From assembly GCF_964204645.1 (NCBI RefSeq), contig NC_134032.1, positions 1 through 64,000 of the forward strand: 64,000 nt of DNA, given 5' to 3'. This document shows, one piece after another, positions 20,506-33,323 of this stretch (within the stretch, counting starts at the first letter, position 1; each line of letters starts with the position of its first letter). A program made the position numbers and the translations under genes. Under the pieces are notes generated by a model, which was given only the letters and a program-made list of their open reading frames with translations, searched no databases and was not told the DNA's origin. The stretch comes from Tubulanus polymorphus (Eukaryota; Animalia; Nemertea).

Positions 20506-22123
20506 TTATTTGATATTTTTTGATATCATATTCACTAACCCAAAAATAATAGCACTTACAACTGTAATTAAAAATAAAATAATATGTTCAGCAGCAAAGT
20601 TAAGAATATTCCCAGCAGATTTCAATATAAAACCAACAATTGATGCAATAATTCCGGGTAATGCTGCAGCAGATTTTTTAGATAGTTCCCATAAATATTT
20701 TGCTAATTTCTTTAAACCATCCTTAACTTTATCTTTTATAGAATTATTATCTGGTTTATTGGGAGTAGGAGTAGGAGTAGATTTCAAAGAATTTGATATA
20801 ATTAAACCAATTGTTAACATAGTTACAGCTGTTACAATTGAAAGAATTGTTGTTCCTTCTAGTTTGAATAATAATCTTATTCTATCTTTTAATGGTATTT
20901 CAGAATTTGGTTTAATTATTAAATCTTTAAAAACATCTTTTAATCTTTTAAAATTATTACCAAATTCTTTTAATAATATATCTATTTCACCTTTTTGTAA
21001 TTCTGAATTATATTTTAAATCATCTATTTCTTTTTCTAAAAGTTCTTTTTGCCTATATTTTATTTCATCAATTACTTGATGATTAAGATCAGACTTTAAT
21101 TGTTTAAATTCTTCTATCAGTTTTTTCTTTTTCCAATTACATAATTTTTTGATCTCTTATACTTTTATCATGCGCAATTTTATTAGCTGATATTTGTACG
21201 CCTTTAATTTCTCTACGCGTTTGTTCAGGAAATGCTTCTAATTCATCATCAGTTAAATCAAGTAATCCTTTTTCTAGTAAAGATTGCATTCGATTTATTC
21301 CAGTTTCAGCACCGGGTGTATCTAACATGCTATCAATTTGTTTTTCTAATACTAATTGTAATTGACTTGAGCCATTATCAATTTGTTGAATATCTCTTCT
21401 CGATGTTTCTGGTGTTGAAGTTCTTAATTTATCTAATCGATCAGCATACTCTTCCATTTCTGGATCAAAATCAGTAGGATTTGGATGTGGATTTTTAAAT
21501 GGTGAATATTTGTTTATATCAATATTAGGAATTGGTTCTTTTTCATTTATTCTATCGATTGCATTCCATATAATTCTGAGAAATTCTCCTTTTGAACGTT
21601 CAATTGTAGATCTTGCTCGCATTTCTGGACGGAACAGATTTTCTTGTCCCATTTTAGATAATTGAATTGATACTGTTTCGTTATTTAATTCAACTTTATA
21701 AAACCATGAATCATTTTTAAATTCTAAATTTTTCATGAAAAATGGATCATCTTTTCTAATTTTTATTGCAATATCTTCTGGTTCAATGTTATCTGTTATA
21801 TTTTTTGGTAATAATCCTTCAATAACTGTATTTGTTACAATATTTTTTATGTAAAATAATTCTTTTCTCACTGTTCATTCTAATTCTTTAAATAATTCTC
21901 TTCTTTCTGGTATAGTTTTAATTATTATCTCATCGCGGGTTCTTAAATAATCAATTAATTTTTCACTTTTTTCAGTATTATCTTTAAATTTATCATAATC
22001 ATATAATATAGGCCCACTAGAATCATCTAAATTAGTATTATATGCTGATTCATCATCATTATCAATATTAGTTTCTGCATCATTATAATCATCATCAATA
22101 TATCCTTCATTATTATTTTCCAT
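20506..22123 (-). pseudogene. Polinton coiled-coil protein with C-terminal hydrophobic helices, broken into several ORFs
   Basis: ORFs 21875-22123, 21137-21871 and 20506-20820 in series; AAALPGIIASIVGFIL hydrophobic tail. Confidence 0.45.
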
Positions 22124-23799
22124 TTCATAATCTTCTACACCTTCTAATTCCTTTTACATAATAAAACAATTAAAATTTAAAATATAATATTCCTCCTATA
22201 ACAATTCCTATACAAGTTAAAGCTAATTTAGCATTTTCATGGGATTTATTATCATCATTTAGTTTAATTATTTCATGTTGAATAATATCAGTTTTAATAT
22301 TTTCTGATGTATTGTAATCTTTTATTTTAGAATCATTATCCAATTTAATATTTTTAGTTTTAGTTTCAGTTGATTGAATATGTTTTTTTATTTTTTTCAC
22401 CTTCCATTAATTTTGGAGCAGTAAAAATCTTTTTATTTATATCATTTAATCCAAATGAATTATTTATTGTTGCAGTTTTAATTAGATTATTATAACCAAT
22501 TATATTTCCCACTTTAATACTAAATCATTAGAAATAATTAATAGATTAGGGCCTATACAATAATTTAATCTAATATGTGATTTATCTAAATAATTTTGAT
22601 ATCTTACAAGGTTTTCTGGAATCGATCTATTTTTATGAATAGAATCTTCAAATAATACTTTGAATTGTTTCTGCGCATCAAATGAAGTACTATCATTTCC
22701 AACTATTGGTGATCTTGTTCCAACTTGTGCACCTAAAATACAAATTAAATAAGTTCTAATTCTAGTTCTAAACCTTCACCATTATCTACAATGAAATTAT
22801 TCCAAGCATCATCATTATCGATTTTATAATTATGATAAGCTGAAATTGTATGCATATAATCAATTCTTTTTATTTCATACTCTTCACCAATACCTTGCAA
22901 TTTACCTTAAATTCATTACATATTTTTTAAAACTTAGATGAATATTATTATCCAATTCTTTAAAATATTTCGATCCGAGTAAAGGACATTCTAATTCATT
23001 TAATATAATTCTAATTTGAAAGTATGCATGAAATCTAAATATTGTATGAATTAATTTTAAATCAAATTGTTAAATAAATTATTCAAGTGATCATTCCAAC
23101 TTATACCACACCCTGTTGTTGCACAATAAACAGCAAAATTTAATTGATTCTTCCAATATTTCATATTAGATTTTATTTTATATATATTATATTCATCTTG
23201 AGTAAAAGTAACTTCATATGTATTAAATATATTTTCCATTCTAGAAATGAAAAACTTTGTTTCAGTAACATAAATTTCTAAATTAATTAATGAAGGTAAA
23301 ACTACATTTTTATATGTTATAATACTATTAAAATCTATAGGTGGAATTAAATATCTATATGATTTATTATATTGGTAAGCTTTTGGAAACCCCATTTATA
23401 TAATTAAAAAATTAATAATTTATTAATTCTTTTAATAATTTATCTTGTTCTTCAACTGTTATATGGCCATTTAAACTTATTATATAATCTAGTTTATTCT
23501 TCAATTTATTAATTTCTTTTATATTAGTTTTAATTTTTTCTTTATTACTTTTTATATTTCATTTTGAACTTATGCCGGTTAAAACACTTTAACTTAAACC
23601 TAACACACCAATTGATATAGCTAAAGGTGTTAATGGTGAGAATATTGCTAGAAATGTTATTACAGAACTAATTGTAACTGAACCACTAATAATAAGATAA
23701 TATATAATTTTACTTTTTAAATATTTTTTCTTTTTTATCACTTTCAAATTCTAACATCTGATTTTAAATATAAATCAACTAATTCACCATGATTTTTCA

Positions 23800-26277
23800 T
23801 CTTAAAATGGTTCCAAATATTTAATGTTCTATTAAACACTTCATCTTTCATATACTCCTATTTTAATTGATCATAAAATTGATCTTTTAATGATTCTGTT
23901 ACATTAAAATCATTGTGTGTTTTATAAAATGAATAAGGAATTGCACCTTTATATCTCAATAATTTAAAATCTTGTTCATTTGGATAATAATATCGAGTTA
24001 TTATAAAATCATTATCAACTAAACTTTATGATAAATTATCTAATGAACTTGCTAGAAACCTATAAGAATCTTAAAATCTAATGCAAAAACCAAATTGAAA
24101 TGAAATATAATTTTCGAATGTTTTAGCTAATAGTTTAAAATCATATTTTCTCACATTTACACCATTCATAGCATTATATTCTTCTATTTCTTGATTAATT
24201 GCGCCCAATTTTCCCGATAATTGTTTTATAAATAGATGGGTATCATAGCCTGATAAATTATGAAATAATATTGGTACGAAATTAACTTTCTTAGCTTGAA
24301 ATTACAATCTTCATGAGCAGCTCCACGATATTTTGAATTTAAATGATCATGATCTCTAACTTTTTTATCAAATGAATAAAAACGTTTTTCACAATAACAA
24401 CAATGAGTTGCATAATTAAAATCAATTTCATCTTCTTTTGTCATAACTATTCATTTATTTTTGTTTAATAATTTAGCAAAATCACTTTCTAATTCAATTA
24501 TTTCATTACAAAAATCATTAACTACATTTTCACCTCTAAAAGAAATATATTGACTTTCATATAATTCAGGATAATTTGATTTTATATAAATTCCATAAGC
24601 AGCAGCTCTTTGAACTTTTTTAATTGTATTTAAAATAGGTGGGTCTTGAATTATATCTTCATTTAGTTCATTTCCTTTATCCATTGATTTTAAAAATTGC
24701 TTTTTGTTATATATTTCTTTTCTATCTTGATCGGTTAATTCTTTATTCAACGATTCGAAATCCCCATAAATTACAAATGGAACAATATTCTTAAATTTAT
24801 GATTAGTAAATTTCAATTTATAATCTTTTTCTGTTGGCATTATTAATTTACAAAAATCTTTATCATCACATAATTCTTTATGTTTTAGTAACGCATTCTC
24901 AGTCATAAATTTAGATAAACATTTTCTACATAGATAAATTTTATTATGGTGATCACTTTCTGTTCTAAAGAATAAATCAATTTGTTTTAACCACATATAA
25001 TGTTCATTTTCATCTTTTTTGTAATATAACAAATCTATAGCATTTTCATCATCATAATATTCTGTTAAATATAAAGCTTCCAATGTAAAATCTTTTATCA
25101 CCTTTTGTCTTTGGTAATTGCATTAATTAATTAATTTATTTATTTATTTTTAAATCATTAACTTTTTCTATTTTAGGAATCATTTTTATAGTTACTGGAT
25201 ATTGATCAATTTTATATAATGTTTCATATTTCCGGTAATTTGTTATTCTAAAACTATGTGTAATATCTTCTGTTGGGTGTAAACAACTAATAATTGACCA
25301 TTCTGTTGGATGTAAACAACTAATAATTGACCATAGAAAACATTTATTATCTTCATTTTGAATATTTATTACTGCTTTTGTTGTAAATGGAAATTCAATA
25401 TAACTTAATATCCTTTTCTGTTGTAAAGTTTGAGTCATTTTTAAACATTGTTTTACTTTTTGATGTTTTATTCCTTTTTGTATTATAAACATTTAAATCT
25501 AAAAATATAATTCCATTCAATGTTAAGCCAGAACCCTCAAAATATCTTTCTTCAATATGACGTTTAAATTCATTAAATATTTTTTCTAACTTCTCTTTTA
25601 TTTGTGTTTTTGAAATTATTTCTTCAGAGTGTGTATGAATATTATAATACATTTTTTCTTCTGACTTTATAAAACTTACTTTCCCAGAGATACTTATTTT
25701 TGGATATTCAACATCTGTTATCCAATCTAGTATTTTTTCTATTATTTCATTAAATTTACTATAATCTTCTATTGTTGTACCTTTAAAAAATCTAAATATA
25801 ATAGCTGCAGGTCCAATTTTACTGTGTAATGTTTCTAAAATTTCAATTGTATCTTTTATTTCTAGTGAATCAATATAATTTCTAACATTTTCCACGTAGG
25901 GTTTATTTGAAATGGATTTAGTTTTTGAAGTTGGTTTTTTTTACTTTTTGAGGTTTATCATCGAAATAATCTTTTCCTAAGACATTATTACTCAAATTTT
26001 GATGGTGTTTTTGTGATTCGAGATGTCTACTATAATTCCTTTTTATTATAAATTCATTACAAACTTCACATTTTATTTCATCCACATTCATATTTTCTAA
26101 TCGTTCTTTTCTTTCATTGGAATTTTCTGAAGTTTCAAAATCTATAACATTTTTTATGTTTTGAAGATTTTTCATGTTTAGATTTATTAGATTTATCGAT
26201 GTATTTTTACAATATGGGCAATAATATTGATTTTTATTAACATTATTGTTTTCTGGCTGGTGTTCATTCTCCCCCAT
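23800..26277 (-). pseudogene. Protein-primed DNA polymerase B, N-terminal/exonuclease part; catalytic C-terminus not seen
   Basis: C2H2 finger (CEVC..HLESQKH), INIQNEDNKCFLWSI, FVIYGDFES (ExoI), VRDHDH..YRGAAHEDCN. Frameshifted. Confidence 0.85.
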
Positions 26278-29200
26278 TTATTAGGAAAAAAATTACTTGT
26301 GGTGATGAGAGCTAGTACTCTCGTACTCTGGTATGAAAGCCTACTTTCCCAATTACTTACGTCTAATAACTCAACGTTTGAGATTGATATTCTAATCGGT
26401 AGTGATTACTATTACAAATTCATTCAGTCCAATCTAATTAAATCTTCAACTGGACCTGCAGCATTACATTCCAGATTAGGGTACATTATATCTGGACCTG
26501 TATTTTATGAATTTAATTCTAGTCGTTCTGAGACAAATGAGCGTTGTTTTTGAACCTGAAGAGAATTATTGGAGTCTTGAAACAACCACCTACACTGCAA
26601 GAGAATTTCTTTGAAAACTATTGCACCAATTATATTTCTAAGTCAGATAATATGTACATTGCCAGATTGCCCTGGAAAGAATAGCACGGCAATTTACCAG
26701 ATAATTTTGGTCTAGTTAATTCCAGAACACGTTCATTAGCTCGTCGATTAGCTAAAACTTCAGATATGCTGGACAAATATCATGACATAATTAAGTATCA
26801 ATTAGAGCGGGAATTTATAGAGAAAGTTGATTCTAATGATTGTGAATATTATGATAAGTTACATTATTTGCCTCATCATCCCGTTTTCAGACAATCCAGT
26901 ACAATTCCAATACGAATTGTTTTTGACTGCAGTAGTCTTCAGACCAAGAACACATGTAATCTTAATGATTGTCTAGAATCAGGTCCTTCTTTATTGAATG
27001 ATATTTCTTCAATTCTAATACGCTTTAGATTGTCTAAATACGACGTAACTCGATATTTATGGTTGATCCGAATGAACCAGAAAGCGAATTTGAAACTTTC
27101 AGATTTAAGAGGGTATTATTTGGGGCCACTTGTTCCCCGTTTATCTTGAACAGTGTTATTATTTACCATTTACGGGCTAGTAGTGAATTATTTTCAGATC
27201 AAATTTTACGTGACATTTATGTCGATAACGTAATAACTAGTATTTCTAGCTCCGTAGATGAAGTGAAATTTTATGATGAATGCAGATCTATGAAGTCATC
27301 GACAAGTTTCAATTTTCGGTCATGGGCTCCAAATTGTTCAGAATTGAATAGTTTAGCCTCAGAACATGGTATTTTGGATAATTCGGGAAAATGTCAAAAT
27401 TTTAGGGATGAATTGGAATCTTGTATTGGATAAATTTTTGTTTCCGTATAGTTAATTGCCTTTAAAATCTCCCGTAACCAAAAGGAATGTCTTACACTCG
27501 ATAGCATCTATATTTGACCCATTTGGGTATTTGAATCCTGTGACTATACGCGCAAAGATTTTGTTACAGGACATCAGGAAGGCAGGACTTGATTGGGACT
27601 CTGAACTTCCATGTGAAATTGTTGAAAAATGGAGTTCTATCCATAAAGATTTAAACGCGTCTCTCAAGTTGGATTTCAATCGTCGATATCTTTGTGGTGA
27701 TATTTTAGAGCCCGAACTTCATGTAATTTGAGATTCCAGCTCACGTGGTTATTGTACGGTAGCTTTTTTGAAAGGTGATAAAGATTCGGCTTTCATTATG
27801 TCAAAGAATAAAGTTTCGCCCTTGAATGGTATGTCAATTCAAAACTCGAATTAATGGCTGCGACAATAAATGCGAGATTGTGTAACCATGTCAAAAAATC
27901 TTTGGAGCCTGTATTGAAATCTCCATTGAAGTTATTTTTATGGTCTGATAGTCAAGTAGTTCTCAGCTGGATTCGAAACGAGAAACCTCAACCTTTTAGG
28001 CCAAACTTTCACGCTAACCCTAGCTTTTTACCTGGCCTTGATGCACGGATTTCGAAATTTTCAAAGTCCAGCCCTGACAAAGCCTTCCATTCGGGGGGTC
28101 AAAACCGACCCCGGGGGTGCAACTCGTCTAGCCAACAATGTTGATATCGAAAAAAAGAATTTTTTTTCTATTTTCGAAACTTGACCCTGGCGCCCCCTAT
28201 GCACTTATTTTCACTGTCGAAGTTTAGAAGTCTTACCGTCAGTTTTAAGCGTTTTATAGTGGTCAGAATTTTTGGTCATTTATTTCGGATAAGCTTGGTG
28301 GATAGAACGGCTGGCCTTGGTGCACGGATATTTTTTTACTACAAAAACGGTCAGAATTCCCCTTGTGAGGGTCTGGGGTACTATCAACTCATTTGGCCAC
28401 TCGCACCAGGCCGTCTTCTATATGCCTGAGAAGTTTCGGCGATTTCCGAGTCGTTTTAAGGGTTCAAATTTCTTTTCCAAAATGGGACCTTCGATAATTT
28501 CGACATTTTTGACTTATAAAATGACTTATACAGGGGGCGCTGGCATCTGTGTATACGATTTCGGTGACTGCCCGCTATCTACTAAGTCGCTTCTACGTAC
28601 CCTAAAAGTTTCAAAGTCCTAACATTAGTTTTAAGGGTTTTATAGGTGTTAGAAGTTCCATTTCGGGTTAGCTTGGTGAGTGGCCTTGGTGCACGGATTT
28701 GTGTTTTCTTTGATTTCGGGTTAGCTTGGCGAGTAGTTCGTTGGCCTTGGTGCATGTTTTGCTATCCTGGTGACTTAGGCGCGTTTCTTTTTACGCAAAC
28801 GTGTTCAGGAGTATCTCCTCTATAGGGGTAAATTGTCAAAGCGTTGTTCAGCTCGTTCTAAAAGTTAAATATTTTCGGGAATCGACCCAATATCTAGGGT
28901 AAAGCACTGTCCTCTAACCGGTTGACCTTGGTGCGCAGTTGACTTTTTTCTCGTAGGCCTAGACACGTAACGCGCGTAACGACGTTTTGAATGCGGCAGC
29001 AAGCGCGTCGCGTGCCGCATAGCTCTCACCTATCCTACCGAGACGTTTAGGGTAAAGCACTATCTTCTAACTACTTGGCCTTGGTGTACGGATAATTTCG
29101 GGATTCGAACCCAAATCTCTAGGGTATTCTAACGGGTTGGCCTTGGGGCGCGGTTTACTTTGTCATTTTTCGCCGAGTTCTCGCAGCCGAGGAACGGTTT

Positions 29201-30154
29201 TGCGATTCTTATTCTTAAGCTTTGTGGGTTTCGACGACCGAATCGTCATCGTTTACCGAAGCTACACATCCCCGGCTACAAAAGTCAAGTAGTGTCGTGA
29301 TGTTCGACGACCTAGAAATCGGTTTTAAGACCCCCCCCCCCCAAAAGTGACCGGGCGCTCGGGCTAAGCACTCGTTCATACACCGTGCACCAAAGCCATG
29401 AAACTATCAAGTTCCGTGCCCGAAGGCTATTCCGATATAAGACGTCCATGCACCAAGGCCGTGGTGAGTGGCCTTCGTGCACGGTTTACTTTGAATTTTT
29501 CGAAATTTTACACAAATTCACGTATCTACACATGTTTTAAGGGGTGAATACCCCCGACTTCCGGTAGACTAAGAACCTAAAGAACGACCCCAATCCACAC
29601 AGCCCGACCCGCTGTACGGCACCCAGGGGATATCGAGCCCTACCATACCCCCAGGGGCCCGGGGACAGGGGCCCAAAGTGGCCGTAAACGCCTAAGACAT
29701 TCTCCTAACAGAAACGTGCACCAAGGCCGTGAAGCTTATGAAATCCGTGCATGAAGGCCGGAAAACTATCAAGTTCCGTGCTCGTAGGCCATTCGTGCTA
29801 TTCATTTCCGTACACAAAGGCCCCTTACACACTCAAAAACAACAGAGTCCAGCGAGTTGGTGAGTGGCCTTGGGGCACGGAGAAAAATGACCGAAAACGT
29901 CCGAGTAAGGGTTTGTCCAGGGGGAATTCCCTGACTTTCGGTCATCTCAGAAACACAATAAATACGTCTTACGATAGTATACAAGGACCTGTATACGCCC
30001 AAAGACCTGTATACGCCCAAGGAGTTTCAAAACTTTACGCCATCCGCAAGGGTCCCAACCCCTGGGCCCAATATGGACCTTTAAAAAGCCTCAAAAACCC
30101 GAAAACTAAGTTTTTCGTGCACGAAGGCCACCCGTGCACCAAGGCCGACGTCCG

Positions 30155-32523
30155 TGGCCTTTGTGCACGGATCGAGTTCTGTAACTGTTGGCCTTTGTGC
30201 ACGGATCGAGTCCTCTAACTGTTGGCCTTTGTGCACGTATCGAGTCTTGTAACTGTTGGCCTTTGTGCACGGATCGAGTCCTCTAACTGTTGGCCTTTGT
30301 GCACGTATCGAGTCTTGTAACTGTTGGCCTTTGTGCACGGATCGAGTCCTCTAACTGTTGGCCTTTGTGCACGGATCGAGTCCTGTAACTGTTGGCCTTT
30401 GTGCACGGATCGAGTCCTCTAACTGTTGGCCTTTGTGCACGTATCGAGTCTTGTAACTGTTGGCCTTTGTGCACGTATCGAGTCTTGTAACTGTTGGCCT
30501 TTGTGCACGGATCGAGTCCTCTAACTGTTGGCCTTTGTGCACGGATCGAGTCCTCTAACTGTTGGCCTTTGTGCACGTATCGAGTCTTGTAACTGTTGGC
30601 CTTTGTGCACGGATCGAGTCTTGTAACTGTTGGCCTTTGTGCACGTATCGAGTCGATCCTGTAACTGTTGGCCTTTGTGCACGGATCGAGTCCTCTAACT
30701 GTTGGCCTTTGTGCACGGATCGAGTCCTGTAACTGTTGGCCTTTGTGCACGGATCGAGTCTTGTAACTGTTGGCCTTTGTGCACGTATCGAGTCGATCCT
30801 GTAACTGTTGGCCTTTGTGCACGGATCGAGTCCTCTAACTGTTGGCCTTTGTGCACGGATCGAGTCCTCTAACTGTTGGCCTTTGTGCACGGATCGAGTC
30901 CTCTAACTGTTGGCCTTTGTGCACGGATCGAGTCTTGTAACTGTTGGCCTTTGTGCACGTATCGAGTCGATCCTGTAACTGTTGGCCTTTGTGTACGGAT
31001 CGAGTCCTCTAACTGTTGGCCTTTGTGCACGGATCGAGTCCTGTAACTGTTGGCCTTTGTGCACGGATCGAGTCCTGTAACTGTTGGCCTTTGTGTACGG
31101 ATCGAGTCCTGTAACTGTTGGCCTTTGTGTACGGATCGAGTCCTCTTACTGTTGGCCTTTGTGCACGTATCGAGTCCTCTAACTGTTGGCCTTTGTGCAC
31201 GGATCGAGTCCTCTAACTGTTGGCCTTTGTGTACGGATCGAGTCCTCTTACTGTTGGCCTTTGTGCACGTATCGAGTCCTCTAACTGTTGGCCTTTGTGC
31301 ACGTATCGAGTCTTGTAACTGTTGGCCTTTGTGCACGGATCGAGTCCTCTAACTGTTGGCCTTTGTGCACGTATCGAGTCCTCTAACTGTTGGCCTTTGT
31401 GCACGTATCGAGTCCTCTAACTGTTGGCCTTTGTGCACGGATCGAGTCCTCTAACTGTTGGCTTTTGTGCACGTATCGAGTCCTCTAACTGTTGGCCTTT
31501 GTGCACGGATCGAGTCCTCTAACTGTTGGCCTTTGTGCACGTATCGAGTCCTCTAACTGTTGGCCTTTGTGCACGGATCGAGTCCTCTAACTGTTGGCCT
31601 TTGTGCACGGATCGAGTCCTGTAACTGTTGGCCTTTGTGCACGGATCGAGTCCTCTAACTGTTGGCCTTTGTGTACGTATCGAGTCCTCTAACTGTTGGC
31701 CTTTGTGCACGGATCGAGTCCTCTAACTGTTGGCCTTTGTGTACGGATCGAGTCCTCTTACTGTTGGCCTTTGTGCACGTATCGAGTCCTCTAACTGTTG
31801 GCCTTTGTGCACGGATCGAGTCCTCTAACTGTTGGCCTTTGTGTACGGATCGAGTCCTCTTACTGTTGGCCTTTGTGCACGTATCGAGTCCTCTAACTGT
31901 TGGCCTTTGTGCACGTATCAAGTCTTGTAACTGTTGGCCTTTGTGCACGGATCGAGTCCTCTAACTGTTGGCCTTTGTGCACGTATCGAGTCCTCTAACT
32001 GTTGGCCTTTGTGCACGGATCGAGTCCTCTAACTGTTGGCCTTTGTGCACGGATCGAGTCCTGTAACTGTTGGCCTTTGTGCACGGATCGAGTCCTCTAA
32101 CTGTTGGCCTTTGTGCACGGATCGAGTCCTCTAACTGTTGGCCTTTGTGCACGGATCGAGTCCTGTAACTGTTGGCCTTTGTGCACGGATCGAGTCCTCT
32201 AACTGTTGGCTTTTGTGCACGTATCGAGTCCTCTAACTGTTGGCCTTTGTGCACGGATCGAGTCCTCTAACTGTTGGCTTTTGTGCACGTATCGAGTCCT
32301 CTAACTGTTGGCCTTTGTGCACGGATCGAGTCCTCTAACTGTTGGCCTTTGTGCACGGATCGAGTCCTCTAACTGTTGGCCTTTGTGCACGGATCGAGTC
32401 TTGTAACTGTTGGCCTTTGTGCACGGATCGAGTCCTCTAACTGTTGGCCTTTGTGCACGGATCGAGTCCTCTAACTGTTGGCCTTTGTGTACGGATCGAG
32501 TCCTCTAACTGTTGGCCTTTGTG
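30155..32523. repeat. 34-bp minisatellite (TGGCCTTTGTGCACGGATCGAGTCCTCTAACTGT)n, about 69 copies
   Basis: Direct reading; a few recurring variants and three 38-bp units. Confidence 0.98.
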
Positions 32524-33323
32524 AAATCGGTTTTAAGACCCCCTCAAAAGTGACCGGGCGCTAGGGCTAAGCACGCGTTAGAGTCATTGACCTTGGCGCA
32601 CGTTAGTTTCTCGTAGGCCTAGACACGTAACAAGCGTAATGACGTTTTGAATGCGGCAGCAAGCGCATCGTGTGCCGCATAGCTGTCACTTATCCTACCG
32701 CTCAAAAGTGACCCGAGATTTTTTTCGTCGGACCGAGCTTAAGCTATGTGGGTTTACACGACCGAATCGTTATCGTTTACAGATGCTAGGTATCCCCGGC
32801 TATAGATTAAAATTAATTTCGCCATGTCAGACGACCTTAGAATCGGTTTAAAGACCGGCCTAAAATGGACCGGGTGTTAGAGTCATCGGCCTTGGGGCGC
32901 GGTTGACTTAGGGTTGACGTTTTTTGAGTGGTTTCGAAGCCCGATGGGTCCGACCCCGATGGGTCCGACTTTACCGCCCTACCATTTCGCGCCTAGCGCC
33001 CCCTGGCCACAATTGACATCGGATACCCAGAGTCCATATCCCGGTCTACCATTAGACTATCGTCTTTATTTCTTGTCGTAAAGTTCCCCTTTACAAATCC
33101 GATATCGGACCAAAGACCACGGAGTAGTCCGACTTGGAAAATCGTCAGTGGCCTTGGAGCACGGGAATTTTTAGTCATCCGACTGTTTATCCGCCACTTA
33201 TCTCCGAAAGTATTTGTCCGATCTGAAATCTGTAAACGCCACGCGATTCGGAATGCCTTAAACTGGTTAGTAAGCCCAGTTTTGGCTCGATAAACCCAGT
33301 TTGAAAATTGGGCTAACCCGGTA

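Larger units (their letters stand above)
16176..26357 (-). mobile_element. Decayed Polinton/Maverick (adintovirus-like) element, 10.2 kb
   Basis: Termini AGTAATAGGAAAAGTGGGGTTTCA / TGAAAGCCTACTTTCCCAATTACT (imperfect TIR). 6-bp TSD TACGTC at 16170-16175 and 26358-26363. pPolB, integrase and ATPase remnants; very AT-rich. Confidence 0.93.
14256..27990 (+). mobile_element. Decayed, 3'-truncated BEL/Pao LTR retrotransposon, split by a Polinton
   Basis: Gag zinc knuckles (CLYCGGNH, CFNCLGKH, CKKCSQNHH), protease LLFDDGSQRTF and IDILIGSD, RT (YLPHHPV, RIVFDCS, RVLFGATCSPF, YVDN), TKRNVLHSIASIFDPFG, LWSDSQVVLSWI. Many stops and frameshifts; no integrase or 3' LTR seen. Confidence 0.92.

Noticed and set aside
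30081-32254. ORFs in the 34-bp array
   Set aside because: Period is not a multiple of 3; repeat artefacts.
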